Part shown: positions 11,321-19,133 of the stretch, piece after piece
Layout: the number at the start of each line of letters is the position of its first letter
Position numbering within the stretch: the first letter of the stretch is position 1
Assembly: GCA_964405625.1 (NCBI GenBank)
Contig: CAYOPA010000001.1
Coordinates: 235 to 42,746 of the forward strand
Direction of reading: 5' to 3'
Length of the DNA: 42,512 nucleotides
Source: an uncultured Bryobacterales bacterium
GTDB lineage: Bacteria; Acidobacteriota; Terriglobia; Bryobacterales; UBA6623
Program-made: the position numbers and the translations under genes
Notes under the pieces: generated by a model
Seen by the model: only the letters and a program-made list of their open reading frames with translations
Told to the model about the DNA's origin: nothing
Databases searched by the model: none

Positions 11321-11350
11321 TCTAGTCGAGTCTAGTCAAGTCGGCGTCAA
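11321..11350. promoter_or_regulatory. tandem 10-bp direct repeats in the divergent NHL/gnd control region
   Basis: TCTAGTCGAG TCTAGTCAAG TCGGCGTCAA. The core GTC(G/A)A recurs at 10-11 bp spacing, about one helical turn. It sits 13 nt upstream of the favoured NHL start (ATG 11308), immediately next to the alternative in-frame ATG at 11320. Function unknown. Confidence 0.3.
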
Positions 11351-11448
11351 TTCCAATGGCGATTCTTACCGCCGGAAATCCTCACGGCCGGATCGCTACA
11401 ATGGAAAACGCTCCCCAAAGCGCCTGGATCGACAAGGACTCAACTGCT

Positions 11449-12867
11449 ATGAACGACGGAAATTTCGGTATCGCCGGGCTCGGCGTCATGGGCCAGAGCC
11501 TGGCTCTCAACATTGAGCGCAACGGCTTTGAGGTGATCGCCTACAACCGCGCCGAGGAGGCGGACCTGGCCGGTAAAATGCGCGAGCGCGCGGCGGGCAA
11601 GAAGATCCATGTCACGGAGTCGATTGAGGAATTCGTCCAGAAGCTCGATAAGCCGAGGCGCGTGATGATGATGGTCACCGCCGGCGCCGGAACCGACGCC
11701 GTCATCAACGCCCTCTGCGAACACATGGAGCCCGGCGACATCATCATCGACGGCGGTAACTCGCACTTCCCCGACACCAATCGCCGCAACCGGGAGCTCC
11801 AGGAAAAGGGCTTTCACTTTGTCGGCTGCGGCGTCTCCGGCGGCGAGGAAGGCGCCCTGTGGGGACCCTCCATCATGCCGGGCGGCAACTATGAGGCCTA
11901 CGAGCGCATCGCGCCGGTGCTCGAAAAGATCGCAGCCAAGATTCCCAACGACGGTCCGTGCGTAACCTACTGCGGCCGGACCTCGGCGGGCCACTACGTC
12001 AAGATGGTCCACAACGGCATCGAGTACGGCATGATGCAGGTCATCTGCGAGGTGTACGACATCCTGCGCAAGGCCGCCGGCATGTCCACTCCGAAAATCC
12101 GCGACGTGTTCGCCGAATGGGCCGAGACGGAGCTCGGCGGCTACCTGATCGAAATCACCGCGCAGTGCCTGGGTAAGAAGGACGATCTCGATTCCGGTTG
12201 GCTGGTGGAGAAAATCCTCGATACCGCCGGCCAAAAGGGTACGGGCAAGTGGACGGCGCAGTCAGCGCTGGACTTGGGCGTGCCGATCCCGACTTTGTCG
12301 ATGGCCGTGGAGGCGCGCATGCTCTCGGGGTTGAAGCCGTTGCGCGTGGAAGCCTCCAAGATCATCGAAGGGCCGGAAAAAGAGCACGACAAGAGCCGCA
12401 AGGAGCTTGTCGAGGCCCTTTTCGGGGCAACCTACCTGTCGATCATCGCCTGCTACGCCCAAGGGCTGGCGCTGATCCAGGAAGCGTCCAAGGAGCACGA
12501 CTACGGCACGAATCTGGCCGAGGTCACGCGCATCTGGAAGGAAGGCTGCATCATCCGCTCCAAGCTGCTTGACCCCATCAAGAAGGCCTATGCCGAGGAG
12601 CCGGGCCTGTCGAACTTGATCACGCACCCCCATTTCGCCAAGATCGTCAACAATACGCTGCCCGACCTGCGTAAGGCTGTCCGCGTGGCGGCCCGCTCGG
12701 GCGTTCCCGCCACCTGCATGGGCGCTACGCTGGCTTACTTGGAGAGCTACCGCTCGGAGTTTCTGCCGGCAAATCTGCTGCAAGCGTTGCGCGACAATTT
12801 TGGGGCGCACACTTACAAGCGGCTGGACCGGGAGGGGACGTTCCACTCCGAGTGGGGCGAGAAGTAG
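11449..12867 (+). CDS. gnd: 6-phosphogluconate dehydrogenase, decarboxylating
   Basis: N-terminal NADP fold FGIAGLGVMGQSLALN. Family motifs GNSHF.DT.RR, GCGVSGGEEGA..GPSIMPGG, HYVKMVHNGIEYG.MQ and WKEGCIIRS. I prefer ATG 11449 (473 aa, typical length) over the upstream in-frame ATGs at 11356 and 11401. Confidence 0.92.
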   Translation: MNDGNFGIAGLGVMGQSLALNIERNGFEVIAYNRAEEADLAGKMRERAAGKKIHVTESIEEFVQKLDKPRRVMMMVTAGAGTDAVINALCEHMEPGDIIIDGGNSHFPDTNRRNRELQEKGFHFVGCGVSGGEEGALWGPSIMPGGNYEAYERIAPVLEKIAAKIPNDGPCVTYCGRTSAGHYVKMVHNGIEYGMMQVICEVYDILRKAAGMSTPKIRDVFAEWAETELGGYLIEITAQCLGKKDDLDSGWLVEKILDTAGQKGTGKWTAQSALDLGVPIPTLSMAVEARMLSGLKPLRVEASKIIEGPEKEHDKSRKELVEALFGATYLSIIACYAQGLALIQEASKEHDYGTNLAEVTRIWKEGCIIRSKLLDPIKKAYAEEPGLSNLITHPHFAKIVNNTLPDLRKAVRVAARSGVPATCMGATLAYLESYRSEFLPANLLQALRDNFGAHTYKRLDREGTFHSEWGEK

Positions 12868-12912
12868 CCTCTGTTGGGTCTTTGGTTGACGGCTTTGTTT
12901 TGGTAAACGTTC

Positions 12913-13800
12913 ATGGCACTCGTTCACACGCTCGCTGAATTCAAGAAAAACCACGACTACTTCGTCGGGCTCGACTCCGACGGCTGCGTCTTTGACTCGA
13001 TGGAGATCAAGCACAAGGAGTGCTTCACGCCGATGTTCGTGAAGCATTGGAAGCTGCAGGCCGCCTCCAAGTACGCCCGCGAAGTGTGGGAATTCGCGAA
13101 CCTCTACTCGGTCTCGCGCGGCATGAACCGCTTTCCGGTGCTGGTGCGCTCGCTGGAGCTGCTGGCCGACTGGCCGGCGCCGATGGCGCGGGGAATCGTG
13201 TTGCCGGACCTGCGCCCGATCAAAGAGTTCCTCAAGTCCGGGCTGCCGCCGTCGAACGCCGGGTTGACGGACTACATGAGCCAACACCCCGACCCCGTCC
13301 TCGACCAGACGATGGAATGGAGCCTAGCCGTCAACGCCATGGTCAAGGACATCGTGGAAGGCGTTCCGCCCTTCCCAAGGGTGCGCGAGTGCCTGGGAAT
13401 GATTACGGCCAAGGCGGACCTGGCGGTCGTTTCCGGCACGCCGACCGACGCGCTGTTCCGAGAATGGGAAGAGAACGAGATGCTCGAGCACCCGCGGATC
13501 ATCGCGGGCCAGGAGCTGGGCAAGAAGACCGAGCACCTGTCGGTGATGAGCGGCGGCGGCCGGTACGAGGAAGGGAAGAAGCTGATGATCGGCGACGCTC
13601 CGGGCGACCTGGAAGCCGCGCGCAAGACGGGCTGCCTGTTTTTCCCGGTCAACCCGAGCCGCGAGGAGGAGTCCTGGGAACGGCTCCATGGCGAGGCGTT
13701 GGACCGGTTCTTCGCCGGGACCTACGCGGGCGAGTACGAAGCGGCTCGCCTGGCGGAGTTCGAGAAGCTGCTACCGGAAACGCCGCCCTGGAAGCGTTAA
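12913..13800 (+). CDS. HAD-superfamily hydrolase
   Basis: HAD motif I GLDSDGCVFD, motif II VVSGTP, motif III/IV K...MIGDAPGDLEAA. Substrate not inferable. Confidence 0.75.
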   Translation: MALVHTLAEFKKNHDYFVGLDSDGCVFDSMEIKHKECFTPMFVKHWKLQAASKYAREVWEFANLYSVSRGMNRFPVLVRSLELLADWPAPMARGIVLPDLRPIKEFLKSGLPPSNAGLTDYMSQHPDPVLDQTMEWSLAVNAMVKDIVEGVPPFPRVRECLGMITAKADLAVVSGTPTDALFREWEENEMLEHPRIIAGQELGKKTEHLSVMSGGGRYEEGKKLMIGDAPGDLEAARKTGCLFFPVNPSREEESWERLHGEALDRFFAGTYAGEYEAARLAEFEKLLPETPPWKR

Positions 13801-14034
13801 GGCCGCCAGACATCCATGAGAGGTGTTTGTCAAGCGAGGAGGAGATTTGGATACCAGTCTTCCTGGGTCAGGTCTTCGAGTCGGCCGAGACGTATTCTTC
13901 GAGACTTTGAGTCGTCTGGCCGGGGCGCTCGCTCGCCAGAAGCTCATCGTCCTCGTCGCGTCAACCGCGCACAAGCGAGCCTATCGAGAGCGGGCGCGCG
14001 CTACGGGAGCCCAGGGCCTCCCGGTCGCCCTACT

Positions 14035-14853
14035 CTACTGGATCGCGTTGTGGTGCACGTCCATCTGCGGGTAGGGGATGGAGATACCGGCCTCGTCGAG
14101 AGCAACTTTGACGTTACGCGTCAGCTTTTGCTTGAGCGGGAAGAAAGCCGACGCGGGCGCCCAGACGCGGAGCTGCCAGTTGATGGACGAGTCGCCCAGC
14201 TCGAGCAGGATTACGGCCACGTCTTTGTCCGGCAAGCGGCCTTCGAGATTTTCGGCCACCTGCTTGAGTAGATCCCAAGTCTGGTCAATATCGGCTTCGT
14301 AGGCGGTGCCGACATTCACGTCGACTCGACGCGTGGCGTGGAAGGAGATGTTTTCGATGGTGGCCCCGAAGACTTCCGCGTTCGGCAGAATGAAGCGCCG
14401 GTTGTCGAACGTATCCATGCGCGTGGTGAATAACTCAATTTCGTTGATGACGCCCGTTTGCCCCGCCACGGTGACTACGTCGCCTACCTTGAACGGCCGG
14501 AAAGCCAGCAGCATGACGCCGGCAGAGAAATTTTGCAGGCTGCCCTGCAACGCTAAACCAACGGCAAAACCGGCCGCGGCGATCACCGCGGCGAATGACG
14601 TGGTATCGACGCCGAAGATTTGCAAGCACGACAGCAGCGCCAGGATGATCACCGCATAGCGCAACATGTTCGAGAAGAATCTCGCGAGCGTAACGTCAAA
14701 ACTGGTATCGTCCAGTCGTCTCTGAAGCGACCTCTTGAGCCATCCCGCGAACATCCAGGCCACAAACAGGACGACCAAGGCCCCGACAGCCTTGAGCAGG
14801 AAGTCGATGGCCGTCGTCATGTATTGCTGGGTGAGAAATTGCTCCAGATTCAT
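14035..14853 (-). CDS. small-conductance mechanosensitive channel (MscS family)
   Basis: Three N-terminal TM helices. The conserved MscS beta-domain follows: RPFKVGDVVTVAGQTGVINEIELFTTRMDTFDNRRFILPNAEVFGATIENIS. Confidence 0.88.
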   Translation of the reverse strand: MNLEQFLTQQYMTTAIDFLLKAVGALVVLFVAWMFAGWLKRSLQRRLDDTSFDVTLARFFSNMLRYAVIILALLSCLQIFGVDTTSFAAVIAAAGFAVGLALQGSLQNFSAGVMLLAFRPFKVGDVVTVAGQTGVINEIELFTTRMDTFDNRRFILPNAEVFGATIENISFHATRRVDVNVGTAYEADIDQTWDLLKQVAENLEGRLPDKDVAVILLELGDSSINWQLRVWAPASAFFPLKQKLTRNVKVALDEAGISIPYPQMDVHHNAIQ

Positions 14854-15146
14854 ATCCGATGGATCCCTCCCTGGGAATCTTGGCCCAATGATAGCAAACG
14901 GCCTTTTCTTGTCTCGGGGCGAAACAGGGAGACCGCGCCGGGAGGGAACTGTTACGTGTCCGAGAGAACAGCGACCGGTGCGGTCGCCGTGGCGCGCTTT
15001 GGGAGGTCAGCCTGGCGTTGGCGGCAATGACGGCCTACGGCGCGATAACCGCCTGGCAGTTGCGCCGTGTGGAGAATCCGATCGCACAGCGAAACTTCTG
15101 GCCGCGATTGTGATCGGGCGAAATCCGGAGCGATTCGGATTTTGAG

Positions 15147-15245
15147 GTTGTGGCGCACGGCTTTGCCGTGCAGTCGGGTCTTCGGCCCGACGAGTTACTT
15201 TGCGGGGCTCAGCCCCGCATGCACGGCAAAGCCGTGCGCCACAAC
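15147..15245. repeat. nested palindromic intergenic element, family A, copy 1
   Basis: Perfect 26-bp inverted arms: GTTGTGGCGCACGGCTTTGCCGTGCA (15147-15172) and TGCACGGCAAAGCCGTGCGCCACAAC (15220-15245). Each arm is itself a hairpin (GCACGGC-NNN-GCCGTGC). Two internal 8-bp triloop hairpins lie between them (GTCGGGTC-TTC-GGCCCGAC and TGCGGGGC-TCA-GCCCCGCA). The element starts 5 nt past the stop of the minus-strand enolase-family gene. Confidence 0.85.
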
Positions 15246-15250
15246 TACAG

Positions 15251-16495
15251 CTAGCCCCACCAGCGTTCGCCGTCGACGAGGTGCGCTTCCACGACCTCTC
15301 GGTTCAGCTCTATGCCGAGGCCCGGCTTGTCAGGCACCGTTACGAAGCCGTCCACGCACAAGGGTTTGTCGTGCAGGATCACGTCATCCATCCAGTCGCG
15401 CTGGAAGAAGACGGTCTCGCAGGCCAGGTAGTCGCGGATGGTCGAAGCCCAGTGGATCGACGCCATGCCGTTCACGATGCTGCCGGTGTTGTGGTTGGCC
15501 ATCGGCAGGAAGTACAAATCGGCCAGATCGGCCATGCGCTTGTTTTCCAGGAAGCCGCCGGAGTTGCGCAGGTCCGGGTGCAAAATCTCCACGGCGGCGT
15601 TGATGACGAAGGGCAGGGCGTCGGCGCGGCGGAACCAGTTCTCGCCCGTACAGATCGCCACCGGCGAAGCGTCGCACAGCCGACGCCAGCTCTCCGAGTA
15701 GGCTACCGGCAGCGGGTCCTCCAGAAACAGCGGCTTGATCGGCTCCAGCGCGCGGGCCAGATCAATGGCGGTGCGCAGGTCGAACTCCCAGTGCAGCCCG
15801 ATCAGAATCTCATGGTCAAAGCCGATGGCCTCGCGCATGTTCTCGTAGCCCTGGATCATACGTCTGAGCTCGGCGGAAGAGAGCAGCCGGTTGGCCGGAT
15901 CGCGGCCCGGGTCCTCGCCGGGCTTGTTCCGGATCGGTCCCACCTTGTGCTGCTTGATGCCGTTGGGCATGGCCTTGAGCTTGGCGGCCCAGTCGCGCAG
16001 ATAGGCTTTGTCGAAGTAGTCGCGCGGCGTGGAGTGGTCGTAGAGCCGCACGCGGTCGCGGAATTTGCCGCCCAGCAGCGCATGCGTGGGGTAGTTCAGC
16101 ACCTTCCCGGCCAGGTCCCACAGCGCCATCTCAATGCCGCTCATGGCGCGCTGCTGGTGGTGAGCGCTGCCGTCGGTGTAGCGGTAGCCGGTATAGAGCG
16201 CGTCAATCTGGACCGGGTCCTTCCCGATGAAAGATTCCTTGACGCCGTGGATGGCTTCACGCACGCCCAAGCCCGGCGAGCCGTAGGCTTCGGCGACGCC
16301 GTACAGGCCGGAGTCGGTTTCGATTTTGACCAGCGTGTAGGTGCGCGGCCCGTCGAGCATCATCGTCTTGATGTCGGTGATCTTGACCTTGCCGTACTCA
16401 GCCGCGGCGAGGCGGTGGTAGTCGGCAAGAAACGCAGGGGCGGCGACGGCCCCGGCGGCGGAGGCGAGGAACGATCGGCGGGATAGGCGGCTCAT
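15251..16495 (-). CDS. enolase-superfamily enzyme (mandelate racemase / galactonate dehydratase-like) with twin-arginine signal
   Basis: Tat-type N-terminus MSRLSRRSFLASAAGAVAAPAFLA, with GGAG 6 nt upstream of ATG 16495. Enolase-superfamily metal-ligand contexts are present: HWEFD, FLEDP, CTGEN. The listed upstream extension to 16585 abuts the neighbouring gene and contains its terminator. Confidence 0.8.
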   Translation of the reverse strand: MSRLSRRSFLASAAGAVAAPAFLADYHRLAAAEYGKVKITDIKTMMLDGPRTYTLVKIETDSGLYGVAEAYGSPGLGVREAIHGVKESFIGKDPVQIDALYTGYRYTDGSAHHQQRAMSGIEMALWDLAGKVLNYPTHALLGGKFRDRVRLYDHSTPRDYFDKAYLRDWAAKLKAMPNGIKQHKVGPIRNKPGEDPGRDPANRLLSSAELRRMIQGYENMREAIGFDHEILIGLHWEFDLRTAIDLARALEPIKPLFLEDPLPVAYSESWRRLCDASPVAICTGENWFRRADALPFVINAAVEILHPDLRNSGGFLENKRMADLADLYFLPMANHNTGSIVNGMASIHWASTIRDYLACETVFFQRDWMDDVILHDKPLCVDGFVTVPDKPGLGIELNREVVEAHLVDGERWWG

Positions 16496-16542
16496 TAGAA
16501 ACTCCTGCGCCATTATAGGCCGCAGAGTCCAACAAAAGGGCC

Positions 16543-16575
16543 GAAAAAACCGAACCCCGGACGTCAGTCCGGGGC
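16543..16575 (-). terminator. intrinsic terminator downstream of the transporter gene
   Basis: On the minus strand, CCCCGGAC-TGAC-GTCCGGGG (8-bp GC stem) is followed by TTCGGTTTTTTC. It begins 11 nt after the TGA at 16586-16588. Confidence 0.7.
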
Positions 16576-16585
16576 CTACTTCCAT

Positions 16586-17773
16586 TCAACCCCCCAGCCG
16601 GACCCAGCCGCGGTTGGTCATGTGGAAGCACAGCATCCCAATCAGCAGCCCCACCAGGTAGCCGTAGGGGACCGAGCTGGCAATCACTCCCACCAGCACG
16701 GCGATCAGGAAATGGGTCTTGTTCTCCACAACGTCTCGCAGCAGCCCGATCAGCAGGATCGCCTCAAACAGCAGCAAGACGCCCAAAATCGGTAGTGGAA
16801 AGACCTGCACGACCCTCTCAAAACCCGGTCCGAAGCCCACGCCCAAGATCAGGAACAGCAAGCCGTAGAGAATCACCGAGCCGCCCGTCCGGCCGCCGAA
16901 GGCGTAGTGGCCGACCATGCCGCCGGAGCCGTGGCAGGTGGGAACCCCGCCGAGAAATGGGTTGATCAGGTTCATCACCGAGTAGGTCCAGCCGATCTGT
17001 CCGGCCGTGATGCGCCGCTCGGGAAAGAAGTCCTCGGCAAGCTGGCGCGTGGCCAGCACGGAGTTGGTGATGGAGAGCGGGATCTGCGGCAGGGCCAAAA
17101 GCAGAAAGCCGGTCCAGACGTCGGCCCCCGAAGGGACCCGCCACTGTGGAAGGTGCAGGCCGGCGCCTTCCACAACCGCGAGCGGGCTGAGCTTGAATGC
17201 AAAGGCGTAAACCATGCCCAGGGCCACCAGGATCACGGCCGAGGGCATGCGCCGGCGTCCGATCAGGAACAACGTCAGCAGAAATCCCACGCCGGCGAGC
17301 CACCAGCCGGCGGGACCGTCAGCCTGGATGTAGTTGTTGAGCGCGATGCCGGCCAGTTGCAACCCCAGTCCGAACTGGATGCCGCGGACCACCGGCTTGG
17401 GCACGACGCGGTTGATCCACTCCACCATGCCGGTGGCCGTGAGGATCAGCATGCTCATGCCGATTGCCAAGCCGCCGCCGTAGAGTACCTCGCCGGGCAG
17501 TTCCTGCGCGATCACGATGGCGGCCATCGCCTTGAGCGGCTGCACCGGCATTGGCATGCGGTAACGCAGCGCGGTGGCGATCTGCATCAGGCCGAAGACC
17601 GTGAGTACGCTGGCGGCGTCGAGCCCCGAGGCCAGGATCATGCCGACAATCAGCGGCAGGTCGGTGCCCAGGTCACCGAAGGCGCCGGACCACTCGTTGC
17701 GGTCGAAGCGCAGGCGGGGGCGGGTTGCGGGATCCACGGGTCCGGAATGCGGCGGGGCCGTTGTCTGGTGCAT
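16586..17773 (-). CDS. putative sulfate/molybdate transporter (MOT1/MOT2-like, SulP-related)
   Basis: Polytopic membrane protein. The N-terminal signature EWSGAFGDLGTDLPLIVGM resembles the E.sGa.GDLGT.iP motif I recall from the MOT family. The later segment GGVPTCHGSGGMVGHYAFGGRTG is consistent with that family. Confidence 0.6.
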   Translation of the reverse strand: MHQTTAPPHSGPVDPATRPRLRFDRNEWSGAFGDLGTDLPLIVGMILASGLDAASVLTVFGLMQIATALRYRMPMPVQPLKAMAAIVIAQELPGEVLYGGGLAIGMSMLILTATGMVEWINRVVPKPVVRGIQFGLGLQLAGIALNNYIQADGPAGWWLAGVGFLLTLFLIGRRRMPSAVILVALGMVYAFAFKLSPLAVVEGAGLHLPQWRVPSGADVWTGFLLLALPQIPLSITNSVLATRQLAEDFFPERRITAGQIGWTYSVMNLINPFLGGVPTCHGSGGMVGHYAFGGRTGGSVILYGLLFLILGVGFGPGFERVVQVFPLPILGVLLLFEAILLIGLLRDVVENKTHFLIAVLVGVIASSVPYGYLVGLLIGMLCFHMTNRGWVRLGG

Positions 17774-17858
17774 TTCCGGCCTGTCGTGTCAAATTAACAT
17801 AGTCTGGTTGTCAGGCTGGCCCAGCCGCATGGAGCTTCGCCGAAGCTGTGCTAAATTC

Positions 17859-18746
17859 ATGCGCATGAGAAAGTTGACCCTGGCCCTGTTGCTGTTGTCG
17901 GCGCCCGCGTGGGCGCAACTGGAAGGCTTCGGAAAAGAAGAGCTCATCAAGTACACGGCCAAGAATCCGTTCGAGCGGTTTCCCGACGGCCGCCCGAAGG
18001 TGCCCGACAAGTACCTGGAGATGCTGAAGGATTCCTCGTCGGAGACCCTGTGGGGCCCCCTGCGCAGCGAGGGTTATGAGCACCAGTGGGTGGGCGGCTG
18101 GCAGCTTGTGCATCCGGATAAGAAGCTGGTGGGCCGCGCGTTCACGGCGGCGTTCATGCCCGTGCGCCCGGACGTGAATGAGATCATCGAGGCTGACGCC
18201 AAGGCCAAGGGCCTAGGCAAGAACAACAACCAGCGTGTGATTGACGCCTTGCAGCCCGGCGACGTGCTGGTGGTGGACATGTTCGGCAAGATCGAAGGCG
18301 GCACCTTCGCGGGCGATAACCTCTCCATGGCCATCATCACGGCCACCGGCAATGGGTATGTGATCGAAGGCGCGGTGCGCGACCTCGACGGCATCTACCC
18401 GCAGGGCAAGCCGATCTATGTGCGCGGATTCCACGTATCGGCCATCAAGGACGTGATGCTGGTGGGCATGAACATCCCCATCCGCATCGGCAATACCACG
18501 GTGATGCCGGGCGACGTGGTGGTGGGCGACCGCGAGGGCCTCACCTTCATCCCGCCCCACGTGGTGGCGAAGGCCGCCGAACGCTCCAAGATCACCGAGC
18601 TCCACGATATCTGGACCAAGGACAAGCTCTCCACCGGCAAGTGGAAGGCGAGCGAGCTCTATCCCAGCCCGTCCGACCCGGCGCTGATCAAGGAGTATGA
18701 GGATTGGCTGGCGGTCGAGAAGAAAAAGTACGGCATCGAGGACTGA
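17859..18746 (+). CDS. RraA/HMG-aldolase-fold protein with N-terminal signal peptide
   Basis: Signal peptide MRMRKLTLALLLLSAPAWA-Q. RraA-like core: GDVLVVDMFGKIEGGTFAGDNLSMAIITATGNGYVIEGAVRDLDGI...PIYVRGFHVSA. The listed start at 17574 would overlap the divergent transporter gene, so I trimmed to ATG 17859 (alternative 17865). Confidence 0.75.
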   Translation: MRMRKLTLALLLLSAPAWAQLEGFGKEELIKYTAKNPFERFPDGRPKVPDKYLEMLKDSSSETLWGPLRSEGYEHQWVGGWQLVHPDKKLVGRAFTAAFMPVRPDVNEIIEADAKAKGLGKNNNQRVIDALQPGDVLVVDMFGKIEGGTFAGDNLSMAIITATGNGYVIEGAVRDLDGIYPQGKPIYVRGFHVSAIKDVMLVGMNIPIRIGNTTVMPGDVVVGDREGLTFIPPHVVAKAAERSKITELHDIWTKDKLSTGKWKASELYPSPSDPALIKEYEDWLAVEKKKYGIED

Positions 18747-18789
18747 TGGCGCGCCTGCGTTTGGGCGCGTTGCTGAGCCGCCGCCGGAG

Positions 18790-19115
18790 ATGTATACAGC
18801 GGCGTTACCGATGGCGCTAACCGCTTACATCGTCGCGGTCGGCGACCTGATCACCGGCGAAGGCTTGGTGGGCGATGCGGCCCGCGTGCGCCCGGACGAG
18901 TCGATTGTCTTCGATCACCGCCGCTCGCACTTTGCGCGCCCGCGCTAGCGGTGTTTCGGCCGGCGCTGGACGTGGCGTTCTCGCTGACGGGCTTTGTGTG
19001 CGGCGGTTTGGCGATGGCGATGACGGGGGATCGGCTGGAGCGGAGGCTGGCGCTGGGCTTCGTGGCGACGGCGGCGTTGCTGGGCCGGGGGGCTTGGCGC
19101 GGACATGGGGATTGA
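18790..19115 (+). pseudogene. possible remnant of a membrane/permease gene split over reading frames
   Basis: Two adjacent GC3-rich, hydrophobic coding-like segments lie in different frames. One reads MALTAYIVAVGDLITGEGLVGDAARVRPDESIVFDHRRSH and ends at TAG 18946-18948. The other reads ALAVFRPALDVAFSLTGFVCGGLAMAMTGDRLERRLALGFVATAALLG and ends at TGA 19113-19115. A third short coding-like piece (MARLRLGALLS) starts at ATG 18746. Confidence 0.3.
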
Positions 19116-19133
19116 CGGCGCCCCGCGCCTTCG

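Noticed and set aside
13801-14034. Small ORFs (13823-14074 plus strand, 13771-13974 minus strand) and a terminator in the convergent HAD/MscS gap
   Set aside because: The ORFs have poor codon bias and run into the antisense of neighbouring genes. The hairpins present (CGGGAGCCC.GGGCCTCCCG and GGCCGAGACG...CGTCTGGCC) lack T-tracts, so no terminator is called.
14854-15146. Riboswitch or structured leader in the long region upstream of the MscS gene
   Set aside because: Some local stems exist (e.g. AAATCCG...CGGATTT at 15121-15142, and AATCCGATCGC pairing with GCGATTCGGATT). I could not match any known riboswitch consensus, and the pairings are imperfect. A covariance-model scan would settle it.
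15147-15245. CRISPR array or MITE interpretation of the palindromic elements (also 25955-26053 and 39044-39125)
   Set aside because: The repeats are inverted pairs, not arrays of direct repeats with spacers. No cas genes are present. No target-site duplications flank the elements, and no transposase is in the window.
15200-16486. 428-aa plus-strand ORF opposite the enolase-family gene, and the similar antisense ORFs 36420-37673, 6576-7718, 699-1742, 12262-13287, 1953-2924 and 31343-32215
   Set aside because: All are mirror images of genes with recognisable motifs. They have shadow-ORF composition and inverted codon-position GC bias.
16496-16585. Upstream extension of the enolase-family ORF to ATG 16585
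   Set aside because: The extension contains the intrinsic terminator of the upstream gene. It precedes a well-spaced GGAG and a Tat signal at ATG 16495.
17574-17858. Upstream extension of the RraA-like ORF
   Set aside because: It would overlap the divergent transporter gene by 200 nt. Its translation is Arg/Ser-rich. The signal peptide starts at 17859.
17774-17858. Molybdenum-cofactor riboswitch upstream of the MOT-like transporter
   Set aside because: The intergenic region is only 85 nt, too short for the approx. 130-nt Moco motif, and it shows only a small palindrome (AGCTTCG-C-CGAAGCT).
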